This document shows positions 41,811 through 51,813 of a stretch of DNA of 64,000 bases, piece by piece. The DNA lies in NCBI GenBank assembly GCA_963799845.1, contig CAWCYI010000004.1, positions 96,001 to 160,000 on the forward strand, written 5' to 3'. Positions within the stretch are counted from its first letter, which is position 1. The number at the start of each line of letters is the position of its first letter. This DNA comes from an uncultured Nitrososphaerota archaeon. GTDB taxonomy: Archaea; Thermoproteota; Nitrososphaeria; Nitrososphaerales; CADDZS01. The notes under the pieces are model-generated. The model was not told the DNA's origin. It worked only from the letters and a program-made list of their open reading frames with translations, and did not search any database. The position numbers and the translations under genes were made by a program.

Positions 41811-42794
41811 ATGCCTAGATCTAGAAGGGCTGGCAAGAAATCTTCCGGATATCCATTTCCAGAGATCAGAGATCTTGTGTTGAGTGAGGATTCTAGCGTC
41901 AATGACATCCTAGTCCAGATGAGATCTTCAGGAGGCTTCCAGGCGAGGTACGTTGCCGAATCGGTCGATATTCTAGAAGAAATGTGCAGAGATGAAAAGT
42001 GCGTAAAGTTTCTTTCCTTCCCGGCAGCGATCATTTCAACTGGCAATCGGGGCGTGATCAAGGAACTCGTCAAGAGAAAATTGTGCGATGCAGTGATCAC
42101 CACCTGCGGCACACTAGATCACGATCTGGCAAGGAGCTACAAGTCCTATCATTCGGGCGGAGAGTTTGCAATGGACGACATTGACCTAGAAAGAAAGGGA
42201 TTCCACAGATTAGGCAATGTGCTGATACCGACGGACAACTACGGCCCGCTAGTAGAAGAAAAAGTTCAGAAAGTGCTTCTGAATATGTATTCCAATGGAG
42301 AGAATGAACCATCCACTAAGCTACTTTGTCAGAGGCTGGGAGAATCAATTCGCGATGAAAGCTCTATACTTCACTGGGCAGCCAAAAACGAGATCCCCAT
42401 GTTCATTCCTGGAATAACAGACGGCGCCGTCGGAAGTCAGTGTTGGCTGTTTTATCAAACCCGCAAGGACTTTAAGCTTGATCTTTTGAAAGACGAGCAG
42501 GCCATATCTGACATCGTGTATTCTGCAAAAAGCAGCGGTGCCCTCATGATGGGTGGCGGGATTTCAAAGCACCACACGTTGTGGTGGAATCAGTTTAGGG
42601 GAGGTCTGGATTATGCTGTCTACATCACGTCGGCAACCGAGTTAGATGGCAGCCTTTCAGGCGCTCAAATTCGCGAGGCAATCTCATGGGGAAAAGTTTC
42701 GCCAAAGGCAAAACAAGTCACGATTTTCGGAGAAGTCACATCTATACTCCCCTTTTTGGTCACCGCTCTAATTCAAAGGCTCACCACATTTTAG
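41811..42794 (+). CDS. dys: Deoxyhypusine synthase
   Basis: IISTG.RG, RLGNV, GGGISKHH and DGSLSGA..EAISWGK motifs. Confidence 0.96.
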   Translation: MPRSRRAGKKSSGYPFPEIRDLVLSEDSSVNDILVQMRSSGGFQARYVAESVDILEEMCRDEKCVKFLSFPAAIISTGNRGVIKELVKRKLCDAVITTCGTLDHDLARSYKSYHSGGEFAMDDIDLERKGFHRLGNVLIPTDNYGPLVEEKVQKVLLNMYSNGENEPSTKLLCQRLGESIRDESSILHWAAKNEIPMFIPGITDGAVGSQCWLFYQTRKDFKLDLLKDEQAISDIVYSAKSSGALMMGGGISKHHTLWWNQFRGGLDYAVYITSATELDGSLSGAQIREAISWGKVSPKAKQVTIFGEVTSILPFLVTALIQRLTTF

Positions 42795-42901
42795 AGCGCA
42801 TTGTAAAACTTATAACTCGTTTTTCGTGCAAGCCCTGTATTCCGTCGTAAATTCGCGTTCCAAGAAGTATGGAAAGCATGTCAAAGGTCGATTTTTGAAA
42901 A

Positions 42902-45041
42902 ATGAGCATTGATTATGGTCTAGTCGGAGTGGCGGGCGCAGTATTAGCGCTTCTTTATGCGATAGTACTCTTCGGATTCGTGCGAAGACAGGATGCAGGT
43001 ACCCCCAAGATGAAGGAAATAGCGTCTGCAGTGAGGCAGGGTGCGGATGCATTTCTAAGCAGAGAGTATCGAGTCATCGCCCCGTTTGCCGTTGTAATTG
43101 TCATCCTGATTTACGTCTTCATCGACATTCCTCTCGGAACTAATGGAGCTACCGCGATAGGATTCGCAATCGGTGCTGCCTTATCCGCAATAGCCGGTTA
43201 TATCGGAATGGCCGTTACTGTACGTACTCAGCTCAAGGACTGCCCAGGCTGCGAAGAAGGGGCTCGGCAGCGCTCTAAACCTGGCTTTCCGCGGGGGCGG
43301 AGTAATGGGAATGGCCGTCGTCGGCTTTGGTCTGCTCGGGGTTTCAATTTTCTATCTGGCGTTTGAGAAAACCATAACGACTACGCCGGTGGTTGTCGCT
43401 GGCTTGGGTTTCGGTGCATCGCTTATTGCGATGTTCATGAGGGTATCCGGAGGTATTTACACCAAAGCCGCTGACGTAGGCGCAGACATTGTTGGAAAAA
43501 CCGAAGTCGGAATTCCAGAGGACGATCCCAGGAATCCGGCAGTTATCGCAGACAATGTCGGTGACAATGTAGGGGACTGCGCGGGGATGGGCGCGGATGT
43601 TTACGAGTCATTTGTTGTTACCGCAATCGCGGCAATAATTCTTGCAGCCCTAATTGGATCTCCCGCAAATCTCGCGAGCATCACCGGGTCGAACCAGCTC
43701 CTAGTCTTGCCGCTACTCCTGGGAGCCGCGGGGATAGTGGGTTCAATTCTGGGTGGACTGTACATTCGCTCGTCGATAAAGAAAGATCCTTTGGGAGCTC
43801 TTAACATCGCTTTGATTATTTCTGCAATAATCGCCATAACGATTGATTTTGAATTTGTGAATGTACTTTTTGGAGGAAGCAAGTTGGGCTACTATCTGCT
43901 TGCGAGTGCAGTCGTTGGAGTTGTCGTAGTAATAGCAATTGAACGTGTAGCGGATTACTTCACGTCTTACAAGTATCCGCCAGTGAGGGAGATTGCTGAA
44001 GCGAGTCAAACCAGTGCTGCTACAAACTTTCTTGCAGGTTATACAGTCGGACTACAGAGTACCGCCCCTTCAGCAGTCGTGCTGGTTGTTGCAATTTTGG
44101 CATCGTATTATCTCGGCTATGCGGGTTCAGGTTCTAATGCCCTAATGGGTGTTTACAGTACGGCTATAGCGACGATGTCCATGCTGTCGCTGACCGGAGT
44201 CGTTATGTCTATCGATGCATTCGGTCCAATTACCGACAATGCTAATGGAATAGTCGAGATGGCCGGACTAGAAGAGAGCGTTCGCAACGTTACGGACGAG
44301 CTTGACGCGGTCGGAAATACCACGAAGGCAACGACCAAGGCATTCGCGGTGATGTCAGCAGCTCTCGCAGCGATCTCGATTTTCGAAGCCTTCCAGAGCG
44401 AAGTAAACAGGCAAATTGCGTTGCATAATCTTTACTCGAAATATGGTCTGGCTCAGGGAGCGACCCTGACATTTGTTCTTACCGATCCTCTTGTGATTGT
44501 CGGTCTTTTCATTGGCGGTGTATTGCCGTTCTTCTTCTCGAGTTTCCTTATCGGCGCTGTTCAAAGAGCTGCGTTCAAGATGGTCAATGAGGTAAGGAGG
44601 CAGTTCAAAGAAATCCCTGGCATCATGGATGGGACGGCAAAACCTGATTATGCGAAAGCAGTAGACATCAGCACCACGGCCGCCCTAAAGGAGCTTGCCG
44701 CTCCGGCACTGGTTGCGGTACTAAGTCCGATCGTGGTCGGATTCATTTTGGGGCCTCTTGCCCTTGGAGGCTTGTTGATTGGGAGCGTCGTTTCAGGAGT
44801 TTTCCTTGCATTTTTGATGACGAATGGAGGTGCAGCGTGGGACAACGCGAAGAAGTACATCGAAACTGGACAATACGGTGGAAAGAAGAGTCCAGCTCAC
44901 ACCGCGGCAGTAATGGGAGATACTGTCGGTGACCCGTTCAAGGATACCGCGGGGCCAGCGATCAATTCCCTGATCAAGGTCTTGAATACGATCTCGATAG
45001 TTTTCGTCTCGGCAATAGTCGTCTTCGCCCTGCTAGCTTAA
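42902..45041 (+). CDS. hppA: Membrane H+-translocating pyrophosphatase, K+-independent type; one extra base at ~43229
   Basis: DVGADIVGK.E, EDDPRN, DNVGDNVGD, GNTTKA and GDTVGDPFKD; removing C43229 gives 712 aa. Confidence 0.94.
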
Positions 45042-45090
45042 GTCTGCTCAATAACATACAAAAGGATGCCAGAAAGACTGTCCCGAGTGT

Positions 45091-45231
45091 GGAGGGGTGG
45101 CGGAGAGGTCACGCGTCCGCCTGCAGTTCAAGGCAAGCTATCTTTGAGCTCTCGAAGCAAAGATTAGTAGTAAGCGGATTCTCGCCAATCAGCTAGACGC
45201 AAATATGTGGGTTCGAATCCCACCCCCTCCT
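45091..45231 (+). tRNA. tRNA-Cys(GCA) with two introns (37/38: 45127-45172; ~44/45: 45180-45202)
   Basis: GGAGGGG/CCCCTCC-T73, anticodon stem TCCGC/GCGGA with CTGCAG|A loop, T-arm GTGGG-TTCGAAT-CCCAC; BHB central helix CTGC/GTAG. Confidence 0.88.
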
Positions 45232-46564
45232 TATCTACAGTAAATTACATGACCACCCTTTCTAGGGTAGGCAGCTTTGTTTGTAGATAGAGATCATTAC
45301 CACAGTGGATTGGCCTCTCATGTCCAAGGAAACCGTATCTTCCATGATCCGGCCTCAAAGTAGGTAGTATAGATGAGAATGCCCTAATTGTTCATATCTC
45401 AAGTTTTTAGATCAACTCAAGCTTGAAAAAGATACAAAATAATTTGAGAGAGAAAGCTGGCCCATTGGCCCAGAAAACGGAGGATTTATAGCACGCTCGC
45501 TATAACGCCTAAATCGGTCTGAAACACAAGATGCAATCGAAGCTTAAAAGGAAAACTTTGAACGTAGGCGTCTTTTTGAAGTTTGGAAAACTTAGGGCTC
45601 TTAGAACCGTTCCTCGAAAAATTCAACAAATTTTGAAGTTAGCTGAGATAAAGATCCTTCCTACGGCGAAGATTACGGCCAGAACAATTTCAAAATTTCC
45701 TCAAACTCTCAAGCTCGTTGAGGTCAAGATCGCTCCCCTTTCGAAATCCAGGATCAACACGAAGATTCCAACTACAAAGCTCGAGCTACCCAACGGAAAG
45801 GATTACCAATTTTCCTATTGAGGTTGGCAGGACTCTGGATGGGTTTCTTTCTTTACCGATGTGGTTCACCATGCCTGTGATATTTGCGGCTGGCTTCACC
45901 CTTGAGACTGTAGTATCCTTATTGATGCGATTGTAACTTTGCATGAAGAATCAATAATGGTATTTTTTTGTCTGTCGTGCGACTGGCCTGCCGAATCTAC
46001 GCTCAATGAAGGAAGCATTCGCAGCCTAAGATCGAGCAGAATAGCTTCTTAACTTCTATCGACGACGGGATCAAGTGATCGAGTCTAAAATTCGCGTTAA
46101 GCGGAAAAATTCCGCACAAATTTTTCCAAACTTGTGAACACTTAGCTGTAATCCTTCTCTTGTTTGTTGGGACTACGACGCGGGCTGCTCAGGCATCAAC
46201 AGGTTAGCGTGCATTCGACTTTATCGGTTCCAAAATCAGAATCAACCAAAGTCAGGCCGCAGCCAGACGATAGCCGGCGCTGCAGCTGTCAATATTTGAC
46301 AGAGCTCCTGTCTATAGACATTGCTCATCTTATCGAGACACCCGTAGTTGTCGGCGAGATTGTGTACGTAACTTGAATCGGAACTATCTACGCGGTAAAG
46401 GAAACGAACAGCAAAATCGAACTGGTTCCGAGAGAAGGTTACCTGCTAGAAAGAACGACAGAGCTGACACTTGTGGGATCTATTGTCTCTGAAAGCGCAA
46501 CGGGTCTTCGCCGTCTCCTTGAAATGACTCAAGACTTAAACGGAGGTTTGAGCAATAATGACGT

Positions 46565-47281
46565 CTGGGATCGAATACGGCAAAGACTAAAAAGTGCCCT
46601 ATGTGTGACACCATGAACGATCAGAGTGCGAAATCCTGCAGCTACTGCGGCTATCTTTTTGAGGAATTCGGTACTCCCGGAGTAACGGTGAGTGACAGCA
46701 AGCCATCACCACAGCCTTCTGTTGGTCCTTTGAATACTGTTTCGCCACCTTCTAGTCAGGACCCCGTGACTCCAGTTTATCCATCCGCCACTGTATCCAG
46801 CGGCTCTCCGCTGTTTGTCGTAAGTAAATCCCTCCTAGCGTCAATAGTACCGGGTATCGCTTATCTTTTGTTCATCGTCGTGATCAGTTCGTACTCCTCC
46901 GTCGGCCTGTACTCTCTCCTGTTGATTGTTTTACTCGTCGCCGCCTCTGTGGTTCCCATTCTGTTCACCCCTAGGAAATTCGAGTTTTTTGATAATTCCC
47001 TCAGGATACACAAGATAATCGGCGGAGATTCAGAATTCCAGTATGCTGACCTCACGATGTTCGACTCTCCGACCAGGCGGAGATCTCAGATCGTTCTTTC
47101 CGCAGCCGGGCAGAGAAGGCCCATACTAATTCCAAGTAATCCGACGAATAAAGAACTGAACATAGATCTGAAGCAATTTCTCAGCTCGAAACTCAAGAAG
47201 CCAGAAACCGCTCAGAATCCAGATCAACAGGAAAGTCTCGGTGATGGAACGTCTACGACAAACTCAGATAAGGTATCTTGA
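46565..47281 (+). CDS. Zinc-ribbon, two-TM, PH-like hypothetical protein (putative CTG start)
   Basis: In-frame KKCPMC..CSYCG extends upstream of the 46601 ATG to CTG 46565; TGA lies just before. Confidence 0.7.
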   Translation: MGSNTAKTKKCPMCDTMNDQSAKSCSYCGYLFEEFGTPGVTVSDSKPSPQPSVGPLNTVSPPSSQDPVTPVYPSATVSSGSPLFVVSKSLLASIVPGIAYLLFIVVISSYSSVGLYSLLLIVLLVAASVVPILFTPRKFEFFDNSLRIHKIIGGDSEFQYADLTMFDSPTRRRSQIVLSAAGQRRPILIPSNPTNKELNIDLKQFLSSKLKKPETAQNPDQQESLGDGTSTTNSDKVS

Positions 47282-47288
47282 GTCCCGG

Positions 47289-48178
47289 TCAACTTTTCAC
47301 TGGAGAAACATCTTTCGAGTCGGCAAGTGGATTCTGCTTTTTCTCCTCTCTCCAGTTCGAAATGAAGATACCGAAAAACATCACCCCCGCCCCAAATATT
47401 GAAAGGTAGCTGGGTATCGTAGACGATCTGATACTGTCGATGAGGATCGATGTTGCCGGGACTGCGAAAGCCGATGTCGTAATTCTTCCCACCCTACCCC
47501 GGCGAAGCAGGCCATTCCATAGATAGTATTGGATCACTCCGGTAAAGACTACGACATAGATGAGATCAAAAAATAGATTTGTCGAAGGGTTAAATTTTTG
47601 CAGGAACAGCGAACCGATTATGAGCGGAATAGAACCAACGAGAAACTGGGTAGTAAGAATTGGGATAGGATCTCTATCACGGAGTTTTCTGTAATAGACG
47701 CTGTAAGCCGCCCAGAAGATCGCGTTCACGACAGTAAGGATCGCGCCTATGAGCAATGACCCGTGATTCAAAGTCAGCGAGTAAAGGACAACTCCACTGA
47801 AACCTACAATTGCTCCCAACAGCTCTCTGACCGAAACTCTTTCCTTGATCGAAAAGTAAGCAATTGGGATCGAAAAAAGTGGCATGGTGTAGCTCAAGAC
47901 TGCCGAGTCTCCCGGCGAAACATATTGAAGCCCGGTGGCCCAGAGACCGGTACTGATGGAAGCGAATATTGCGATCTTCAAGGAGTCCCTATCCAAGGAG
48001 AGCTTCTGCACCCAGCGAAGTAAAATATCGCTCCGACGAAGAGATATCTCAACGACATCAGGACAAAAGGGGACGCGTAAGTTAGCCCGTCTTTCGTAAA
48101 CTGGTACTGAAGGGACGCGACAAGTACGTAAGGTACAAACCATTTGATTATGGTGTTGCCATCCTTTCTTGATTGCAT
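47289..48178 (-). CDS. DMT/EamA family transporter; one base missing at ~48005
   Basis: ASPFVLMSLRY, GLQYVSPG.SAVLSYTMP, ~10 TM helices; two overlapping ORFs join after one insertion. Confidence 0.85.
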
Positions 48179-48615
48179 GTTTAGGTTCCGGACTCTATTC
48201 GTCACAAATCTATCCAGCCGTCGTCTAAAGACTGGACACAGCTCAGGACCAAGCCTGAGAGAAGTTACTTCTATTTCGTAGCAGACGCCTTGAACGTGGG
48301 CATACAATACTGGCAACCTGAATAGAGTAGATCCGTTGGAATATTGAGCCACTCAAACATTTGGATCCTCGATCGCGGTATCGAGTCCACCTTGCAGCTG
48401 GGAGTCTCTTTGTCCAAGTCGTGCAAAATCTTGGTATCCGAATCTCCGACGTATCTCTTTCCAAAATACGGTGCGTTTAGTCTGCGTGCCAGTTCAGTTA
48501 CCCCGCTCTAAAAATTGAAATTCTTCGCGTGGATATTTAAAGCACGGGCAGGGCAAATTCAGAATCCACGCTTAATTTAAATACGAACCGAGCACGAACG
48601 CGCCCTGAAACACAA

Positions 48616-48762
48616 ATGGTGACGGGTTACTGCGTCAAATGCAAAAAGAAGCGCGAGATGAAAAGTCCAAAACAGGTCACGCTGAAAAATGGTCGTCCCG
48701 CCGTCTCTGGAACTTGTACCGTGTGCGGTACTAAAATGTTCAAAATTGGCAAGATGTCTTAG
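48616..48762 (+). CDS. 48-aa basic zinc-ribbon protein (DUF5679-like); not in the ORF track
   Basis: MVTGYCVKCKKKREMKSPKQVTLKNGRPAVSGTCTVCGTKMFKIGKMS*; TTTAAATA TATA-like box upstream. Confidence 0.85.
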   Translation: MVTGYCVKCKKKREMKSPKQVTLKNGRPAVSGTCTVCGTKMFKIGKMS

Positions 48763-48797
48763 CCGGCATCCGAGCCTTCCCTTCCCAATCCGAACTC

Positions 48798-48829
48798 CGG
48801 AGGAAATCTGCTTTCCTCCGTCTTTTTTT
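48798..48829 (+). terminator. Hairpin plus T-tract terminator
   Basis: CGGAGGAAA-TCTGC-TTTCCTCCG, then TCTTTTTTT. Confidence 0.65.
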
Positions 48830-48919
48830 CTGAAATAATTTTTTTCCTCATGATTTTATTCGTGATCATAGCAAAGTTTTAAGACAATAAACGAGAGATC
48901 AGTCATTGCGAAAAGTATC

Positions 48920-49165
48920 ATGTTGCCCCAGATGCCCCCTTCGAAGGCAGTTGGATTCAAACCACTCGCTGAAGAATGGAATTATTATTCGATTGACGAT
49001 GGCTACGTTCTCGGAGTAAAGCTGGTCCTCACGAAGGTTTTGAAGACGACTCAGACTGACCCTTCTGGTGCCCCGATTTACGTCATTCAGCATCAACCTG
49101 CAGTTCAGGTTTTGACTCAGGAAGAATACAAGAGCATTACGAGTCGAAACATCATCTCAAAGTAG
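48920..49165 (+). CDS. Small hypothetical beta-rich protein
   Basis: 81 aa ORF with upstream TTTTAAG TATA-like box; EEWNYYSIDDG..KLVL.KV..DPSGAPIY. Confidence 0.65.
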   Translation: MLPQMPPSKAVGFKPLAEEWNYYSIDDGYVLGVKLVLTKVLKTTQTDPSGAPIYVIQHQPAVQVLTQEEYKSITSRNIISK

Positions 49166-49286
49166 TTGTCCTTACTGGTTTTATCCGCCCCAGCAAGGCG
49201 GGATATTTTTGTGGTCTTGTAGCTATTTTCATTTTGCGCTTCGTTTCCCCTGTTAGAGCGATCAATCTGCTGAGGAAATCCTTCAA

Positions 49287-50750
49287 TTGATTCAGTTCAC
49301 AAATACGCTCGGTCACAAACTCGAACAGTTCGCGCCGATGAAGGAGGGTGAGGTCAAAATGTACACGTGCGGGCCCACGGTCTGGAATTATCCCCACATC
49401 GGAAATTACCGAACCTTCCTCTTCGAGGACCTCCTCAAGCGGTTTCTGAAGTACAGAGGTTTCATCGTCATGCACGTAATGAACCTCACCGATGTGGATG
49501 ATAGAATAATCAAGGTCTGCAATGAACAAGGATTAGATCTCAAAGCGTTTACTGAAAAATACGCGAAAGCATTCTTCGAAGATCTGGACTTCCTCCGCGT
49601 GAATCCGGCCGATTTTTACCCGAGAGCGACAGGCTACATTTCCGAAATGGTCGCGATCATCGAGGGTCTGGTAAGAAAGGAAATCGCATACAGAAGCGAG
49701 GACGGCTCGATATACTACTCGATTTCGAAATTTCCAAACTACGGCGAACTCTCCGGTATCAAAACAACCGAACTCAAGGTGGGTGCGAGGGTCAGGGTGG
49801 ACGACTACGGCAAGGACTCCGCCGAGGACTTTGCGCTCTGGAAGGCGTGGGATCAGAAGGATGGCAAGATCTACTGGGATACTTCGCTGGGAAGGGGCAG
49901 ACCCGGCTGGCACATAGAGTGCTCTGCAATGTCGATGAAGCTCCTTGGAGAGCATTTCGACATCCACACCGGCGGAGTGGATAACATATTTCCGCACCAT
50001 GAAAACGAGATTGCCCAGTCCGAAGGGTTTACCGGTACAAGATTCGTAAATTACTGGCTTCACTCGGAACACCTCCTGATCAATGAGACGAAGATGGCAA
50101 AACGCCTGGGAAATTTCATCACAATTAGAGATATCCGCGAAAAAGGAATAGACGGAGAGACGCTGAGGTATTTCCTTCTTTCCGGCCAGTACAGATCTCA
50201 GCTGAACTTTACCGACTCTTCCCTCGAGCAGGCCGCTTCGTCGGTGAAAAGAATCAATGAATTTGTTAGCAGGCTAGAAGAAGTAGCTGATGAACTCGAA
50301 GACGACGGCTCGCTCGAAACTCAACTCGTGACTCTGGTTGAGGATACGCGGGCGAGATACATCAGCGCACTTGAGGAGGATCTCGACGCACCCAGAGCAC
50401 TGGCAGCTGTCTTCGTTTTAATCTCAGAGGGAAATCGAATGCTGGACCTCGGAGCTTCCAGCAGCCTAGGTGTAGGCGCTCTGCTCAGATTCATGAAAGA
50501 AGATTTTGACTCAATCTTCGCAGTGCTGCATTCCAGCCCCGATCAATCTCTTTCAGAAGAAGAGTCAGCACTGCTAAAGGAAAGGGAGACAGCCAGGCTC
50601 TCGAAAGATTGGGCAAAATCCGACGAACTTCGAAAAAACCTGCTTGCACTCGGCATGGAAGTTCAGGATACGCCGGCCGGACAGAAGTGGCGCAGGATAT
50701 CCAAAAGAGTAGGGACGCCGGGAGCCGGATTCGAACCGACGAGGCCGTAG
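49287..50750 (+). CDS. cysS: Cysteine--tRNA ligase
   Basis: [29 protein letters not shown] and FPHHENE; KMAKR variant of KMSKS. Confidence 0.97.
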   Translation: MIQFTNTLGHKLEQFAPMKEGEVKMYTCGPTVWNYPHIGNYRTFLFEDLLKRFLKYRGFIVMHVMNLTDVDDRIIKVCNEQGLDLKAFTEKYAKAFFEDLDFLRVNPADFYPRATGYISEMVAIIEGLVRKEIAYRSEDGSIYYSISKFPNYGELSGIKTTELKVGARVRVDDYGKDSAEDFALWKAWDQKDGKIYWDTSLGRGRPGWHIECSAMSMKLLGEHFDIHTGGVDNIFPHHENEIAQSEGFTGTRFVNYWLHSEHLLINETKMAKRLGNFITIRDIREKGIDGETLRYFLLSGQYRSQLNFTDSSLEQAASSVKRINEFVSRLEEVADELEDDGSLETQLVTLVEDTRARYISALEEDLDAPRALAAVFVLISEGNRMLDLGASSSLGVGALLRFMKEDFDSIFAVLHSSPDQSLSEEESALLKERETARLSKDWAKSDELRKNLLALGMEVQDTPAGQKWRRISKRVGTPGAGFEPTRP

Positions 50751-50870
50751 AACGGCCACGGGCTGTCTTTACATCGTGAATCGGACTCAAGGCCTGCGCT
50801 CCAATGGGCAATCCGCCCGATTGAAACCGCGCAATAGTCCACTCTGCCTTCAGGTCTACCAAATCCCGGC
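50716..50870 (-). tRNA. tRNA-Ser(TGA) with three introns (8/9: 50849-50862; 28/29: 50795-50827; 37/38: 50765-50785)
   Basis: Mature: GCCGGGA TG GCAG AGTGGACTA TTGC G CGGGC CTTGAGA GCCCG, long variable arm, GTCGG TTCGAAT CCGGC TCCCGGC G; BHB-like folds at each junction. Confidence 0.88.
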
Positions 50871-50993
50871 AAGCACACGATGGCTGCCTTATCCCGGCGG
50901 TGTCGTTCACGAACTCTAATCGCCAGCTTAAAATCGTTTGTTTGCGCCCAGTTATCTCCTTACCTTCAAAAAAGATGGAGAATTCTGCGGCAA

Positions 50994-51431
50994 TTGAGCG
51001 AGACATCCCAGGGCTTCAGGTTCTTGGAACACATGACAGATGCCGAGATCGAAGCTTACGGCGCAAATATCGACGAGGCGTTTCAGAACGCCGGCAGAGC
51101 CGTTGAGCAGATGATGGTCAATCTCGGCTCCATCGACAGGGTTGAATCGAGAGAGATCAAAGTGAGTGGTAGAGATCTCGAGTCACTGCTCTACGATTGG
51201 ATAGAGGCGCTCATCTCCATTCAAGATGAAGACGGGCTACTTTTTTCTTCCTTTGTTTGCAAGGTTTCAAAAAATTCTTCTGGATATTTTCTTCTCGCGA
51301 AAGCGGTGGGAGAAAAGTTCAATCCTGAAAAACATGAACAGAAAACTGCGATCAAGGCTCCCACGTTCCACGACATGAGAATTTCCTTGGGGATTGATAA
51401 GGTGACCTTGCGATTTCTAATCGACCTGTAA
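50994..51431 (+). CDS. Archease
   Basis: FRFLEHMTD..IEAYG, LESLLYDW and IKAPTFH..IDL motifs. Confidence 0.92.
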   Translation: MSETSQGFRFLEHMTDAEIEAYGANIDEAFQNAGRAVEQMMVNLGSIDRVESREIKVSGRDLESLLYDWIEALISIQDEDGLLFSSFVCKVSKNSSGYFLLAKAVGEKFNPEKHEQKTAIKAPTFHDMRISLGIDKVTLRFLIDL

Positions 51432-51467
51432 TGTTAAAAACAGGTCTAGATGACCCTGAGGCTCGCA

Positions 51468-51788
51468 ATGTCCAGAGTAATTGAACTGACCTCGAAGAAT
51501 TTTGATAATATGTTGAAATCCTCCAAGAAATTATTTGTTGACTTTTGGGCGCCGTGGTGTGGGCCCTGCCTTCGAATGAATCCGGTTGTTGAGAAGCTGG
51601 CAGACAAGCACTCGTCGATTACTTTTGCGAAGCTGAACGTGGACGACAATCAGGATATTGCTAACAGATTCCACATCTCCTCAATTCCTGCCTACTTGAT
51701 GTTCAATGAATCTACCCCGGCGTCGAGCAAGATCGGAGCCACTTCCGAGGCTGATCTGGAACGGTTCCTCGACGACAGATGGCCTTAA
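51468..51788 (+). CDS. trxA: Thioredoxin
   Basis: DFWAPWCGPC and KLNVD..SIP. Confidence 0.93.
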   Translation: MSRVIELTSKNFDNMLKSSKKLFVDFWAPWCGPCLRMNPVVEKLADKHSSITFAKLNVDDNQDIANRFHISSIPAYLMFNESTPASSKIGATSEADLERFLDDRWP

Positions 51789-51813
51789 GAAATCACAAAT
51801 TTCCCCTTCTGGC

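Noticed and set aside
42902-45041. Split or pseudogenised H+-PPase
   Set aside because: A single base at an AGCT site restores a full-length protein with all motifs intact
50491-51006. 171-aa minus-strand ORF, and the long N-terminal extension of archease from 50880
   Set aside because: The minus-strand ORF reads through tRNA-Ser and antisense cysS; archease homology only begins near 50994
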